Of a stretch of DNA of 64,000 nucleotides, positions 32,679 to 42,494 are shown in pieces. The notes under the pieces are model-generated. The model had not been told where the DNA came from. It saw nothing but the letters and a program-made list of their open reading frames with translations, and made no database searches. The stretch is from the NCBI GenBank assembly GCA_020184695.1, contig JAANOX010000011.1:558001-622000 (forward strand), read 5' to 3'. A program made the translations under genes and the position numbers. This stretch comes from Histomonas meleagridis 2922-C6/04-290x (Eukaryota > Protista > Parabasalia). Within the stretch, counting starts at the first letter, position 1, and each line of letters begins with the position of its first letter.

Positions 32679-34884
32679 TTAATAAAAATCAATTTCTTTT
32701 TGTTTAAGAAGTAATTTAACTATTTCTGTATGACCATTTTCAGATGCCCACATAAGTGCTGTATAAAATAATTTAAAAAATTTCCAAATATTATTTTAAA
32801 ATATAAAAATATTAAAATAAATAATATATAAAACAAATAAATATCTTTAGCATTAATATCAATTCCTTCTTGTTCTAGAAGTAATTTAACTATTTCTGTA
32901 TGACCTTTATCAGATGCATACATAAGTGCTGTATCAAATAATTTAAATAATTTTCAAATATTATTTTGAAATATTAAATTACAAAAATAAATATCAAATA
33001 AAACAAATAAATATCTTTAGCATTAGTATCAATTCCTTTTTGTTCAAGAAGTAATTTAACTATTTCTGTATAACCATTTTTAGATGCTTCTATAAGTGCT
33101 GTCTCAACTAATCAAAATAATTTCCAAATATTATTAATAAATATCAAATTATTAATGTAAATATAAAATAAAACAAATAAATATTTTTATCATTAATATC
33201 AATTCCTTCTTGTTTAAGAAGTAATTTAACTATTTCTATATGACCATTCCAAGATGCCCAAATAAGTGCTGTATTAAATATTTTTAATCACTTCCAAATA
33301 TTATTTTGAAATATAAAATTATTAAAATAAATTTCAAATAAAACAAATAAATATCTTTAGCATTAATATCAATTCCTTCTTGTTTAAGAAATAATTTAAC
33401 TATTTCTGTATAACCATTTCTAGATGCTGAAATAAGTGCTGTTTCAAATAATTTAAATAATTTCCAAATATTATTTTGAAATATCAAATAAAACAAATAA
33501 ATATCTTTAGCATTAATATCAATTCCTTCTTGTTCAAGAAGTAATTTAACTATTTCTATATAACCTTTTGAAGATGCTAAAAAAAGTGCTGTCCAAAATA
33601 TTTTAAATATTTCCCAAATATTATTTTGAAATATAAAATTATTGAAATAAATATTAGATAAAACAAATAAATATTTTTAGCATTAATATCAATTCCTTCT
33701 TGATCTAAAATATATTTAACAAGTTCAATACTTCTTGACATTACCGCACTAACTAAAATATTTTTTGGAATTGGATTTTTTCCTCGAAAATATTTTGTAA
33801 GAAAAATATTACCACACATTACTGATTCATTTATAATAAAATCATTGATTTCCATTCCTTCTTTGAGTAAAAAGGCAAATATTTCATAATTATGACATAA
33901 AATGCAAAACTTTCCTAAATTAATAATTATATTTTCATCCATTTTTTCTAATTTTTTATCATAAAGATAATGAAAGATTTCATTTTGATGAAATTTAATT
34001 GCTGTTTCATAAGCACATTCAAATTTTGAATGATTTTGTTCACATAAATGAATTATCTCTAAGTTTCCGCCTGCAACTGCATATTTACCTGTGTTTTCTG
34101 TATTTGCATCATTCATAAGTAAAAATTTAAAACATTTAACTGAAGAAAAAAATGCTGCATAATCAATTAATGAAACATTGTTTTGATTAATAAATGAACA
34201 TCTTTCATAAAGTGATGGTTCAATTGTTTGATTAAAATCAAAATTTGTTTGTGATGATATTTCTTGAAGTTTTTCTATTTCATCATTTCGAATTACTTTT
34301 GCAATTTCATTTTAATTATGTCCTTCTTTAACATATTTCTTATGAAGTTCCCAATAATTCTTTGGAAGTTGTCCAAAGTTTTCTTTAAAATATGAATATT
34401 TTGTTTGATTAATGAGATCAGAAAGATCCAAGTTTTCAGTTTCTTTTTCTGACAAATACTGAATAAAATATGGATCACATGAAATATCACAAAATTTTTT
34501 TATGGTATCTAATTCAATAAAATTATATTCGAGTAATTTATAAATAAGATATTTTACTCGTACAAAATTATCAAGAATTAAACAATTAATAAGATCATAT
34601 ATTTTCGTTTTATCTTCAAACATTTTAATTTCTTTTAAAAACTTCGAATATATATCAAAATTGTTGTTCTTAAGTATTAACATAATGTTTATCATTTGGA
34701 TAATTATTAAATTAAAAGAAATAGGGTGATTGTTATCAAATTTGTCAATTATTGCTTGTGCTGTTTGTGTAATATTTTCTTCATTCAAACTGAAAATTAA
34801 CTTCTTGATCAATATTAACATCTTCCATTCATTCTGAAAGTGGTGTTCCTGTAATTTTTCATTGGGTTCTGTTGTTGGGAGCAT
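32679..34884 (-). CDS. DUF3447/ankyrin-repeat gene with six spacer-separated ankyrin modules and one in-frame TAA
   Basis: N-terminal and DUF3447 region is continuous except for TAA at 34312-34314. Modules at 33503-33592, 33353-33442, 33183-33272, 33013-33102, 32843-32932 and 32679-32762 (terminal, own stop). 170-bp period. Confidence 0.7.
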
Positions 34885-35005
34885 TCAACCCTAAAATTAA
34901 TATTAGAAGCACCTTTTACAATGTGTCCACTCTTGGGAAAAGTGTCATGTTTAGTTGTTTTACACTTTTGTTATGTCAAATTGTGATTTGGGTTTCTTTT
35001 TTTTC

Positions 35006-35008
<3 letters not shown>

Positions 35009-35044
<36 letters not shown>
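35009..35044. repeat. (TA)18 microsatellite
   Basis: Perfect dinucleotide run in the divergent intergenic region. Confidence 0.97.
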
Positions 35045-35047
<3 letters not shown>

Positions 35048-35281
35048 AATATTCAAATTTTAAAATGTTGAAAAGAAATGAAAGGTTTTGGAAAATGATC
35101 GGGAAGTGCAATTAAATCATTGTATGAAAAATGCACAAATTAGACAAATTTGTTCTAGAGATTAAATATAACAGATATATATTTAATCCAATGAGAAGAA
35201 AGAAATAGTGTTGAATAATTTTTTTCAATTCTCTTCGATACAATTTCATATCATATTTCAATAGTAAACGAATTTCTAAAA

Positions 35282-35929
35282 ATGAGAAACAATAAACCAA
35301 AGCCTCCTTTAGCTACAGCAAATCAACCATTCACGCCTATGACCCACAAAACTGCAAGGCCAGCAGATACTCCATTCCACTTACTTAAATTAGGAGATTT
35401 GGCAACACCTGTTTTAAATAAAAGCCACTCAAGTGCTGATCATGATATCATAGATTCTCCTGAAGAAAAACAAGAATTTGCTCAAACAGACTCAGATCTT
35501 AATGAATTAAAAAATACTTTATTACATGCGATATCAATTATAGATAAAATCGAAGCATCAAAGAAGTCAAATACAGCGAAACTAAAAAATGCGCAAACAC
35601 AAACAGAAGTAGAAAAATCATCACCAAAGCAAACATATTTTAGTTCGTCAGAATCTACAGAGATATCAATTAACGATTCATCTGACTCAATGACCATTGC
35701 AAAGAAAACAGATAAAAAGCCAAAACGAAATTCAAACCAACAATTTTCAGATTCAATAAACATTACTACACCAAAACCTCATAAATCAAGTACACGTATC
35801 AGTACAACACAGTCATCTGGAGAGCGAATCGAGGAAAAGGCACTACAGGAAAGAATGCACGATCTGTCACTTTTGTTAAAGCGACTTGAAAATCAACTTG
35901 ACGAAATGAATCAATCAGATTCTGACTAA
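35282..35929 (+). CDS. Hypothetical S/T/K-rich protein with two short coiled coils
   Basis: 215-aa ORF with coding-like composition and LSLLLKRLENQLDEM heptads. Confidence 0.65.
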   Translation: MRNNKPKPPLATANQPFTPMTHKTARPADTPFHLLKLGDLATPVLNKSHSSADHDIIDSPEEKQEFAQTDSDLNELKNTLLHAISIIDKIEASKKSNTAKLKNAQTQTEVEKSSPKQTYFSSSESTEISINDSSDSMTIAKKTDKKPKRNSNQQFSDSINITTPKPHKSSTRISTTQSSGERIEEKALQERMHDLSLLLKRLENQLDEMNQSDSD

Positions 35930-36029
35930 AATATTTTGTTTTTAATTATTTTAATCAAGTTTTACTTTGTGTATCTTCATCACTTAGAGATCCGCTTAGT
36001 TTGTACCATTTGTTTCGTATAGGTAGATT

Positions 36030-36987
36030 TTATGAAAGATGTTCATTTATTAATCACTGGTATGTTTCATTAATTGATTATGCAGCATTTTTTACAGCAG
36101 TTAAATATTTTAAATATTTGTTATTAAATGATTCTAATATAGAAAATACGGTAAATATGCAATAGAGGTGGAAATGAAGAAATCATGCATCATTTAAAGA
36201 TGCATATGAAGCAGCAATTGAGTTTCAACGAAATGTTATCTTTAAATATTTTTATGATAATAAATTAAAAGAAATTAATAATTTAGAAGAATTAGGAAAG
36301 CTTTGTATTTTATATTATAATAATGAAATATTTTCATTTTTACTCAAAGAGGGAATGAAGGTAAATGATGATATTATTAATGAAGCAGCAAATATTATCG
36401 ATAATATTTCATCAAAATGTTGTTTTTAAATATCTTTTTGAAAAGAAATTAGAAGAAAATGATCAGCTTCAAAGTTCTAACAGTGATAATGGTTATAGTG
36501 AAGATAGTAAAGATTTGGGTTTTAATGCGTATAATTTATATGAGTAAAATTTAGAAAAATTAGGAAAATTTTGTATTTTAAATCATAACTATGATATCTT
36601 TTTGTTTTTACTTGAAAATGGAATGAAAATTGATTATGATATTATAAATGAATCAGCAAGGATCGGTAACATATTTTTAGTCGAATATTTTCTTCTAAAT
36701 TATAAAATCCCAAAAAATATTTTATCATATTCTTCATATTCGGGAAATATTGAACTTGTCGAATATATTTTAGAGCAAAAAGTAATTGATATTAATGCTT
36801 GAGATATTTATTTGTTTTATTTGATATTTAATTTAGCAATTTGATATTTTAAAATAATATTTAGAAATTATTCAAATTATTTGATACAGCACTTGATTCA
36901 GCAATTCAAAACAATCATAAAGATATATTTCAAATACTTCTTAAGCAAGAAGGAATTAAAATAAATGAGAAAACATCAACACAGTGA
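36030..36987 (+). pseudogene. Degenerate DUF3447/ankyrin gene with one 80-nt spacer
   Basis: YERCSFIN..VSLIDYAAFF motif, multiple stops and frameshifts, spacer at 36806-36885, terminal module TALDSAIQNNHKDIFQILLKQEG...*. Confidence 0.8.
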
Positions 36988-37721
36988 TTTAAACACATGA
37001 AATATGTGATTAATTTCAGATTCATTATTATCTAAGAATTTAATATAAATAATAATCGGAAGTAGTGCTTTTCGATTATGTATTTCATTAATTGGTATTA
37101 CAATGCCATCTTATGTGATAAAAACCAAGTGTTCGATTTTAAATGTATATATATTCCAATGAGACATTTCGCATAAAGAAATTATTAAAGCATGGTGTGT
37201 CTAATAAATGCTTTCATCTGCCAGCTCAAAGTTTTATATATACATAAAATTTTTACTTAATCAAAATGTTTATCTTTATTCCTCGAGCATGTCGTGTTCC
37301 TTAAGATATTCGTAAATTTGAAGAAGATGTGTGATCTTTTCAAAAGGTTCTCCATGTGTTGTAGAGGCGGTCTTAATTTGTTGTGTGCCAATTCCTATGG
37401 CAATATATGCGATCTATGATTTATCACTCGTGTCGTGAGATGATATCCTTTGTAAAACAGCTTCATTCGAATTTTCAACAATTTCAAATTTGCTTTCAGT
37501 AAAACAGAGGTTAATTTCGAAAGAATAGAAAAGGTTGACAAAAATTCGAAAATATTAAAGTTAGATATAATCGAAAAACAAGAAACGTCGTTATAAATAA
37601 ATTTCTTTTAACACATTTACATAAGAAGTTTCGTAACTTCATTTTTTTTTTTTTTTGATTAATATTGATTCGAAACATTTTGTTATGAAAAATCGCTAAT
37701 AATCTATTGTTTATTCATTGA

Positions 37722-40043
37722 TTAGATTGGTTCCGTTGATGGAAGGAACTCAAACCTTGACACAACAATTGTTTTACATTCGTTCTTTCGAAGTAAAACA
37801 CAAATATGTGGCGGATATGAATTTGTTCTTTTTTCTTGGCCGGGCTTTACAGATAGCCAAGAAAGGTGAGACATCAGTCGAACATAATCAAGAAGGTCTC
37901 CTTTGTCTCCTCTGTAGATTGATGCTTTATATGATGGTTGAATTCTTGACATTACATAACATGTTGATATTGGCTGAATAAAATCTTCATCGCAAGAAAA
38001 TGTTTGTTCTGCGCTATCAAAGACAACGACATCATCATCAATACTTTCATTAAGGACAGCTTGTGTTGATGGTGATGGATATACTGATAAGATCAAAATG
38101 CTTGGATCAAGCTTTTCCTGACATTCATCAAGGAATTGTTTCGAAATGCCTTCGGCTAAGATGGATAAAGTTGTCTTGGATACATTATTTTCAACCAAAT
38201 TATAACAATCTCGAATAAAGGCCGAAAGCTCATCAACTGTGAATATCTTTATGACGTGTAGGATGGAGCCAATATCGTCAACAATGGCAAATTTCTTCGT
38301 TTCAAGATCCCACGCATAATGGAACGATATCCGTGTAGAGTTCTCAAATGGACGAGGAAGTAAAATCGGCGGTTGGTATCGGAAACCGAAAACAAACGGT
38401 GACGAATTGTTTGGGTGAACGTTAATCATTCCTGTTGCTGATGGTGAAAACAAGCGAATCCTCGAATAAATAACAAACGTTAGGGTTTTCATCTCTTCTT
38501 CACCAGCACTTAGAATTGAATCAGATCTAATGTACGTTAGAATTGAATGAGGATAGAAATCTGGAGAATGTATGGGTGGACCTATAATAAAGGAAATAAC
38601 TGGGTATTGTTGGAATTCGGTAAGCGAATATTTCTTGAAAAAGCTTGTAATGGTACTCCCCATCTTACTTTGAGGAACAAAATGAAATGCACCTGCTTGA
38701 AATGGTTTAAGAACTCCAAAACCATACATCCGATACATGTGTGAGATGTGTGACATAAAGGCTTTCACGCATACATCTGGCATTTTATCGGATGAAAAAA
38801 CTACAAAATGACATGATTTCTCACCAGAAATTGGAAGGTATCTTTCTGCAAGCCAATTATCAATGACTACATCTGCCTTAACTTTGCAGGTGATTCCATT
38901 ACAACTTACAAGGATGTCTGGGATCCCGAGGCGCTCATATGTAATCGGAGTGTTATTAAGAAAACGATAGGCCGATCGCGGCGGTTCTACGATAGAAAAA
39001 CCGAAATCAAACCGGAAAAACGACAGAAAATTGGCAACGATACAGCGGGTGTCAAGTCTTTTTGATGGGAAATATGCTTCTTTCCCAAGCGTTTTAGAGA
39101 TTATTAGGCGAACATCTTTGTCAAGAATCTGTTCTGAAAGTATTTGAGTTACTGTTGGTTCTTTCTCCTCAATAATGACAATTGATTGATTCTCATTAAA
39201 AACTTTGGGTTTGTTCTTCTCATTTTCTCTGTTACGAAAGAAATTGTATATGTCATCATATGTAAAAGAGAAGAGATCATATTCATCAATTCCAATGTTT
39301 TGAATATGGAATTTTGCATTTGTACAGGGTTGCGTTTGTGGACTAGCAAAAAGACTTGGTAAGAATGTGGATGGATTAGTGAGATTAACTATTGGTATGT
39401 TAGTGGTAAATGTTTGAAATTTTTTCTCAATTGACAAAACAGTAAATGAATCATTTGAAATCTGTGTAACTTTAAAAGGATGCTCATATGGAGGAACTAA
39501 AACGTATGCTCCAACAGTATTCGGTTTCCTAATAATCGAGCATTCAAGCCCTCCTTGAAGAATAGTTCGAAAATATATGGTATTATCTTTCCGGATAACA
39601 ACTGGTTGAAAAAGAAATGATTCAATAACTGAAACGCCTTGTGGAAATAGTAAGTAAGAAGTAAAGTATAAAGGCCTTAAATGGAGATTTTGGTAATAAA
39701 AGTATAATGTATATGCTCTTGAAAATGCTTCTGCAATTTCATAAGAAAAATAGTTTGAAGCATCCCATTCCCAATTGTCTACTTCGCCCCAGAATGGGAA
39801 CTCAAAATTATTTATCTTATCAAAAATATCAAAAACTAGAACAACAGGGCCTAGCCGTTTTGGTAAGTAATCTGGAGATGAGTCGAGATAAAAAGCAGGA
39901 ATTCCAAAGTTAGCAATCTGATGAGATAAGACTAAAAGCCTGAGTTCTTTGGTATTACTTTCATCTGTCTCTGCTGTAGTAAAACTTATTTGGGTCATGG
40001 ATATTTTTCTAAAGCATTGATGACTCAAGTTCCATGACGCCAT
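37722..40043 (-). CDS. MED13: Mediator complex subunit 13-like protein
   Basis: IPDILVS...NWLAERYLPISGEKSCHFVV resembles the MED13 middle region, and HLSWLSVKPGQEKRTNSYPPHICVL resembles the MED13 C-terminal LSWL...DRRSCLPxH motif. Recognised from memory, not by search. Confidence 0.6.
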   Translation of the reverse strand: MASWNLSHQCFRKISMTQISFTTAETDESNTKELRLLVLSHQIANFGIPAFYLDSSPDYLPKRLGPVVLVFDIFDKINNFEFPFWGEVDNWEWDASNYFSYEIAEAFSRAYTLYFYYQNLHLRPLYFTSYLLFPQGVSVIESFLFQPVVIRKDNTIYFRTILQGGLECSIIRKPNTVGAYVLVPPYEHPFKVTQISNDSFTVLSIEKKFQTFTTNIPIVNLTNPSTFLPSLFASPQTQPCTNAKFHIQNIGIDEYDLFSFTYDDIYNFFRNRENEKNKPKVFNENQSIVIIEEKEPTVTQILSEQILDKDVRLIISKTLGKEAYFPSKRLDTRCIVANFLSFFRFDFGFSIVEPPRSAYRFLNNTPITYERLGIPDILVSCNGITCKVKADVVIDNWLAERYLPISGEKSCHFVVFSSDKMPDVCVKAFMSHISHMYRMYGFGVLKPFQAGAFHFVPQSKMGSTITSFFKKYSLTEFQQYPVISFIIGPPIHSPDFYPHSILTYIRSDSILSAGEEEMKTLTFVIYSRIRLFSPSATGMINVHPNNSSPFVFGFRYQPPILLPRPFENSTRISFHYAWDLETKKFAIVDDIGSILHVIKIFTVDELSAFIRDCYNLVENNVSKTTLSILAEGISKQFLDECQEKLDPSILILSVYPSPSTQAVLNESIDDDVVVFDSAEQTFSCDEDFIQPISTCYVMSRIQPSYKASIYRGDKGDLLDYVRLMSHLSWLSVKPGQEKRTNSYPPHICVLLRKNECKTIVVSRFEFLPSTEPI

Positions 40044-40049
40044 AAATTT

Positions 40050-40054
40050 AGTGA
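40050..40054 (-). promoter_or_regulatory. Inr element TCACT
   Basis: 6 nt upstream of ATG 40043, supporting that start. Confidence 0.45.
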
Positions 40055-40261
40055 AGAAGAATAAACGTATTCCAAATAAAAATAGAAAAGTGACGTCACA
40101 AAGTTTTAATGGCAAACAAACATTGTCAAATTCAGTTGACTACAAAAAAAATTATGAAATTATAACTCATATCACGTATTATCTATATAAGTAAAACAAA
40201 AACTTCAGAATTATGGATGCAAGAACTATTTAAATATGTATATTTCATAAAAGATGAACAT

Positions 40262-41185
40262 TTATAAGAAGTAATCTGGAAGAGTTCTTTCTGGGACTCC
40301 GCCTCGTTCGCTTTGAGGAGCTGCCTCGAATATTTTAAAGCTCTTTGCCATTGTATCATCAACTTCTAAAATTGAAGCAACGTTCCCAGAACGATAGCAA
40401 TAATTTGGGGCACTCCAAACCGTCACAAGTTGATCGTTGAACATCAACTTGAACCCTTCCATCACAAGCTGGTGGGAACGGGCGACAAGTTCAAGGTTGT
40501 TTTGTTGGTTAAAATGCATGACTACATCAGGCCCGAATATATATCCTGCTCCTCTTGGTGAAATTGAGAATCCTTCAATATCCTCAGGATCACTCCATAG
40601 AAGATCACTAATGGCTCCAGTATGTGGGATTTCTTGCCTTCTTTCAAGAGCTTTAAGTTGATCTAATGAGGTTATGGATGGTGATAATCCTCCATGAACA
40701 CAAAATATACGACCTTCAACAACGGCTGATAATGTGAGACAATCAAATACATCTGTGCACATCTTCCAAACATTTGGATTACCATATTTTCTAAGACATT
40801 CATCATAAAAACCATATGCTTGAGTTGTTTGACGTGATTCATGGTTTCCTCTTAACATTGTCATCCTTGATGGATATCTTACCTTTAATGCGAGAAGAAG
40901 AAGAAAAGTTTCTAATGAATAAAATCCTCTATCAACATAATCGCCCATAAATAGATAATTTGTTTCTGGAGGATTTCCGCCAACAAAGAATAGTTCGCGT
41001 AAATCGTAAAACTGTCCATGAATATCTCCGCAAATTGTAACTGGCGCAGGGACCATTTTCACTGTAGGTTCATCAGCAAGAACCTCAATTGCTTTTTGAC
41101 AAAGGATTTGAACTTCGCCCTCAGATGGATATTCACAACGACGAAGTTTCTCAATCAGTTGATCAAGATCAGAAAGCCAAGACAT
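40262..41185 (-). CDS. PPP4C: Ser/Thr protein phosphatase 4 catalytic subunit (PP2A/PP4/PP6 clade)
   Basis: [15 protein letters not shown]-terminus, [37 protein letters not shown] and C-terminal DYFL. Start trimmed to MSWLSD. Confidence 0.88.
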   Translation of the reverse strand: MSWLSDLDQLIEKLRRCEYPSEGEVQILCQKAIEVLADEPTVKMVPAPVTICGDIHGQFYDLRELFFVGGNPPETNYLFMGDYVDRGFYSLETFLLLLALKVRYPSRMTMLRGNHESRQTTQAYGFYDECLRKYGNPNVWKMCTDVFDCLTLSAVVEGRIFCVHGGLSPSITSLDQLKALERRQEIPHTGAISDLLWSDPEDIEGFSISPRGAGYIFGPDVVMHFNQQNNLELVARSHQLVMEGFKLMFNDQLVTVWSAPNYCYRSGNVASILEVDDTMAKSFKIFEAAPQSERGGVPERTLPDYFL

Positions 41186-41204
41186 TTTAAACCGGATAGC
41201 CGAA

Positions 41205-41210
41205 AAGTGA
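41205..41210 (-). promoter_or_regulatory. Inr element TCACTT
   Basis: About 20 nt upstream of ATG 41185. Confidence 0.45.
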
Positions 41211-41645
41211 CAGCGATGCTTTGGTGCAAAAGAAAAAATTTTGTTTAAACAAAAAATTAGACTTAGATTAATCGAAAAACATTTCTTATTTGTAATAAAG
41301 ACCAACTTTTAGCATTTAAAAATTTTAAAATATTATTTTTTTTAATTGTTCAATTTTCCCTAATTCAATTATATATTAGTTTCCAATAATATTATTGTTA
41401 TTTAAGTGCTTGGTTAAAAGTTATCCGATATCATTTTTAACTTTATCTGAAATCTCATGCTACTTCAATAATCAACCAATACATAGACTACTAATGATTT
41501 CTAAATTTATTTGTTCTCTTCTTTACATTAATTTTATTGTCAATTTTATTGTCATTAACATAACAGAATATTGATTAATGTTGACAAATTAAACAAAAGA
41601 AAAATAACAAATAAATTAAAACAATAAGAAAGAAACACATTTATT

Positions 41646-42065
41646 TTATATTGTTTGTTTTACATTTGAAGAGTTCTTTGTGGCATTAATTTTCCCCTGA
41701 TCACGTATAATTTTCATGTTAATTGAACGCATTGCTTTTCCGTATGAAATATTGAATTGATTTTCTCTTTCTTTGTTTGCCCCAAGTTGATAAGATATCC
41801 AAGCATTTGCAACAGCTAATTGGGTTTCTTGAGGAAGACGAGCAATTTCTTCTGGTTTAAATGTAAAAACATATCTTTTAATTTCGTTGATTTGGTTAAA
41901 ATTCTGTTGGGGATTCGAAGTCGATTGTACGTTTGACATCTTTTCGAGATGATTATTTATTGTTTTCTGTGCAATTGCTTGGGACTTTTGTGAAGCTTTT
42001 GAAAAATTTTTTGCTTGCTTTGAGGCAGGTTGCTGGACGTTATTATTTGATTTTTTGTGATGCAT
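41646..42065 (-). CDS. Hypothetical N/Q/K-rich protein
   Basis: 139-aa ORF with coding-like composition and no recognised domain. Confidence 0.5.
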   Translation of the reverse strand: MHHKKSNNNVQQPASKQAKNFSKASQKSQAIAQKTINNHLEKMSNVQSTSNPQQNFNQINEIKRYVFTFKPEEIARLPQETQLAVANAWISYQLGANKERENQFNISYGKAMRSINMKIIRDQGKINATKNSSNVKQTI

Positions 42066-42494
42066 TTTGTCTTTAGATGTTTTCGTGTTTGCAAAAATTC
42101 ACAATACTGTTAATTTGAAACTGTGAAATTTGAATCAAACATACAATTAAACGGCCACAATTCTTGAACTTCGCGTATGCAAAATACGCAAGGGAACAAT
42201 CGATTAAACTAACATAAGACAACACAATAAAGCATTTTATTGATTACTTTGTATTCGTAATTAATAGTCAAGAATCAAATTAAATTTCTGAAGATCTTCA
42301 TAAAATGAATATTATTTATTGAAAATAAAAATATTTTTACAATGAAATGTCAAAAGAAAGATACTGATGAATTTAAATTTGATATTAGCCTGGAGATATC
42401 TTCTGCGTTGTAAACATAAAAAAAATAAAATTGAGTAAGTTTGTTTGTCAAACATCACATAATCAAATAATCCTTTTAAAAAGTTTATTGGGAA

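Noticed and set aside
32763-32842. Spacer as a translated transmembrane helix
   Set aside because: The hydrophobic translation follows trivially from T-richness, and about half the spacers contain in-frame stops
32763-33672. Spacers as canonical GT-AG or U12 AT-AC introns
   Set aside because: The internal GT (nt 9-10) to ACAG does not restore the frame, and neither does AT...AC ending at the Thr codon. An 86-nt (G/A)T...AG cut restores the frame but deletes DxxGxT, leaving 28-aa repeats. It is true GT-AG in only one copy (21112-21191), and two copies lack the AG. No ACTAAC branch motif is present.
37276-37500. Stop-to-Gln code reassignment suggested by in-frame TAG/TAA here (37414-37416), at 34312 and in the GBP relic
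   Set aside because: Long conserved genes have no internal TAA/TAG and end at TAA/TAG exactly where expected (e.g. PP4 DYFL*, Rab CC*). Isolated stops are better explained as C-to-T nonsense changes in relics.
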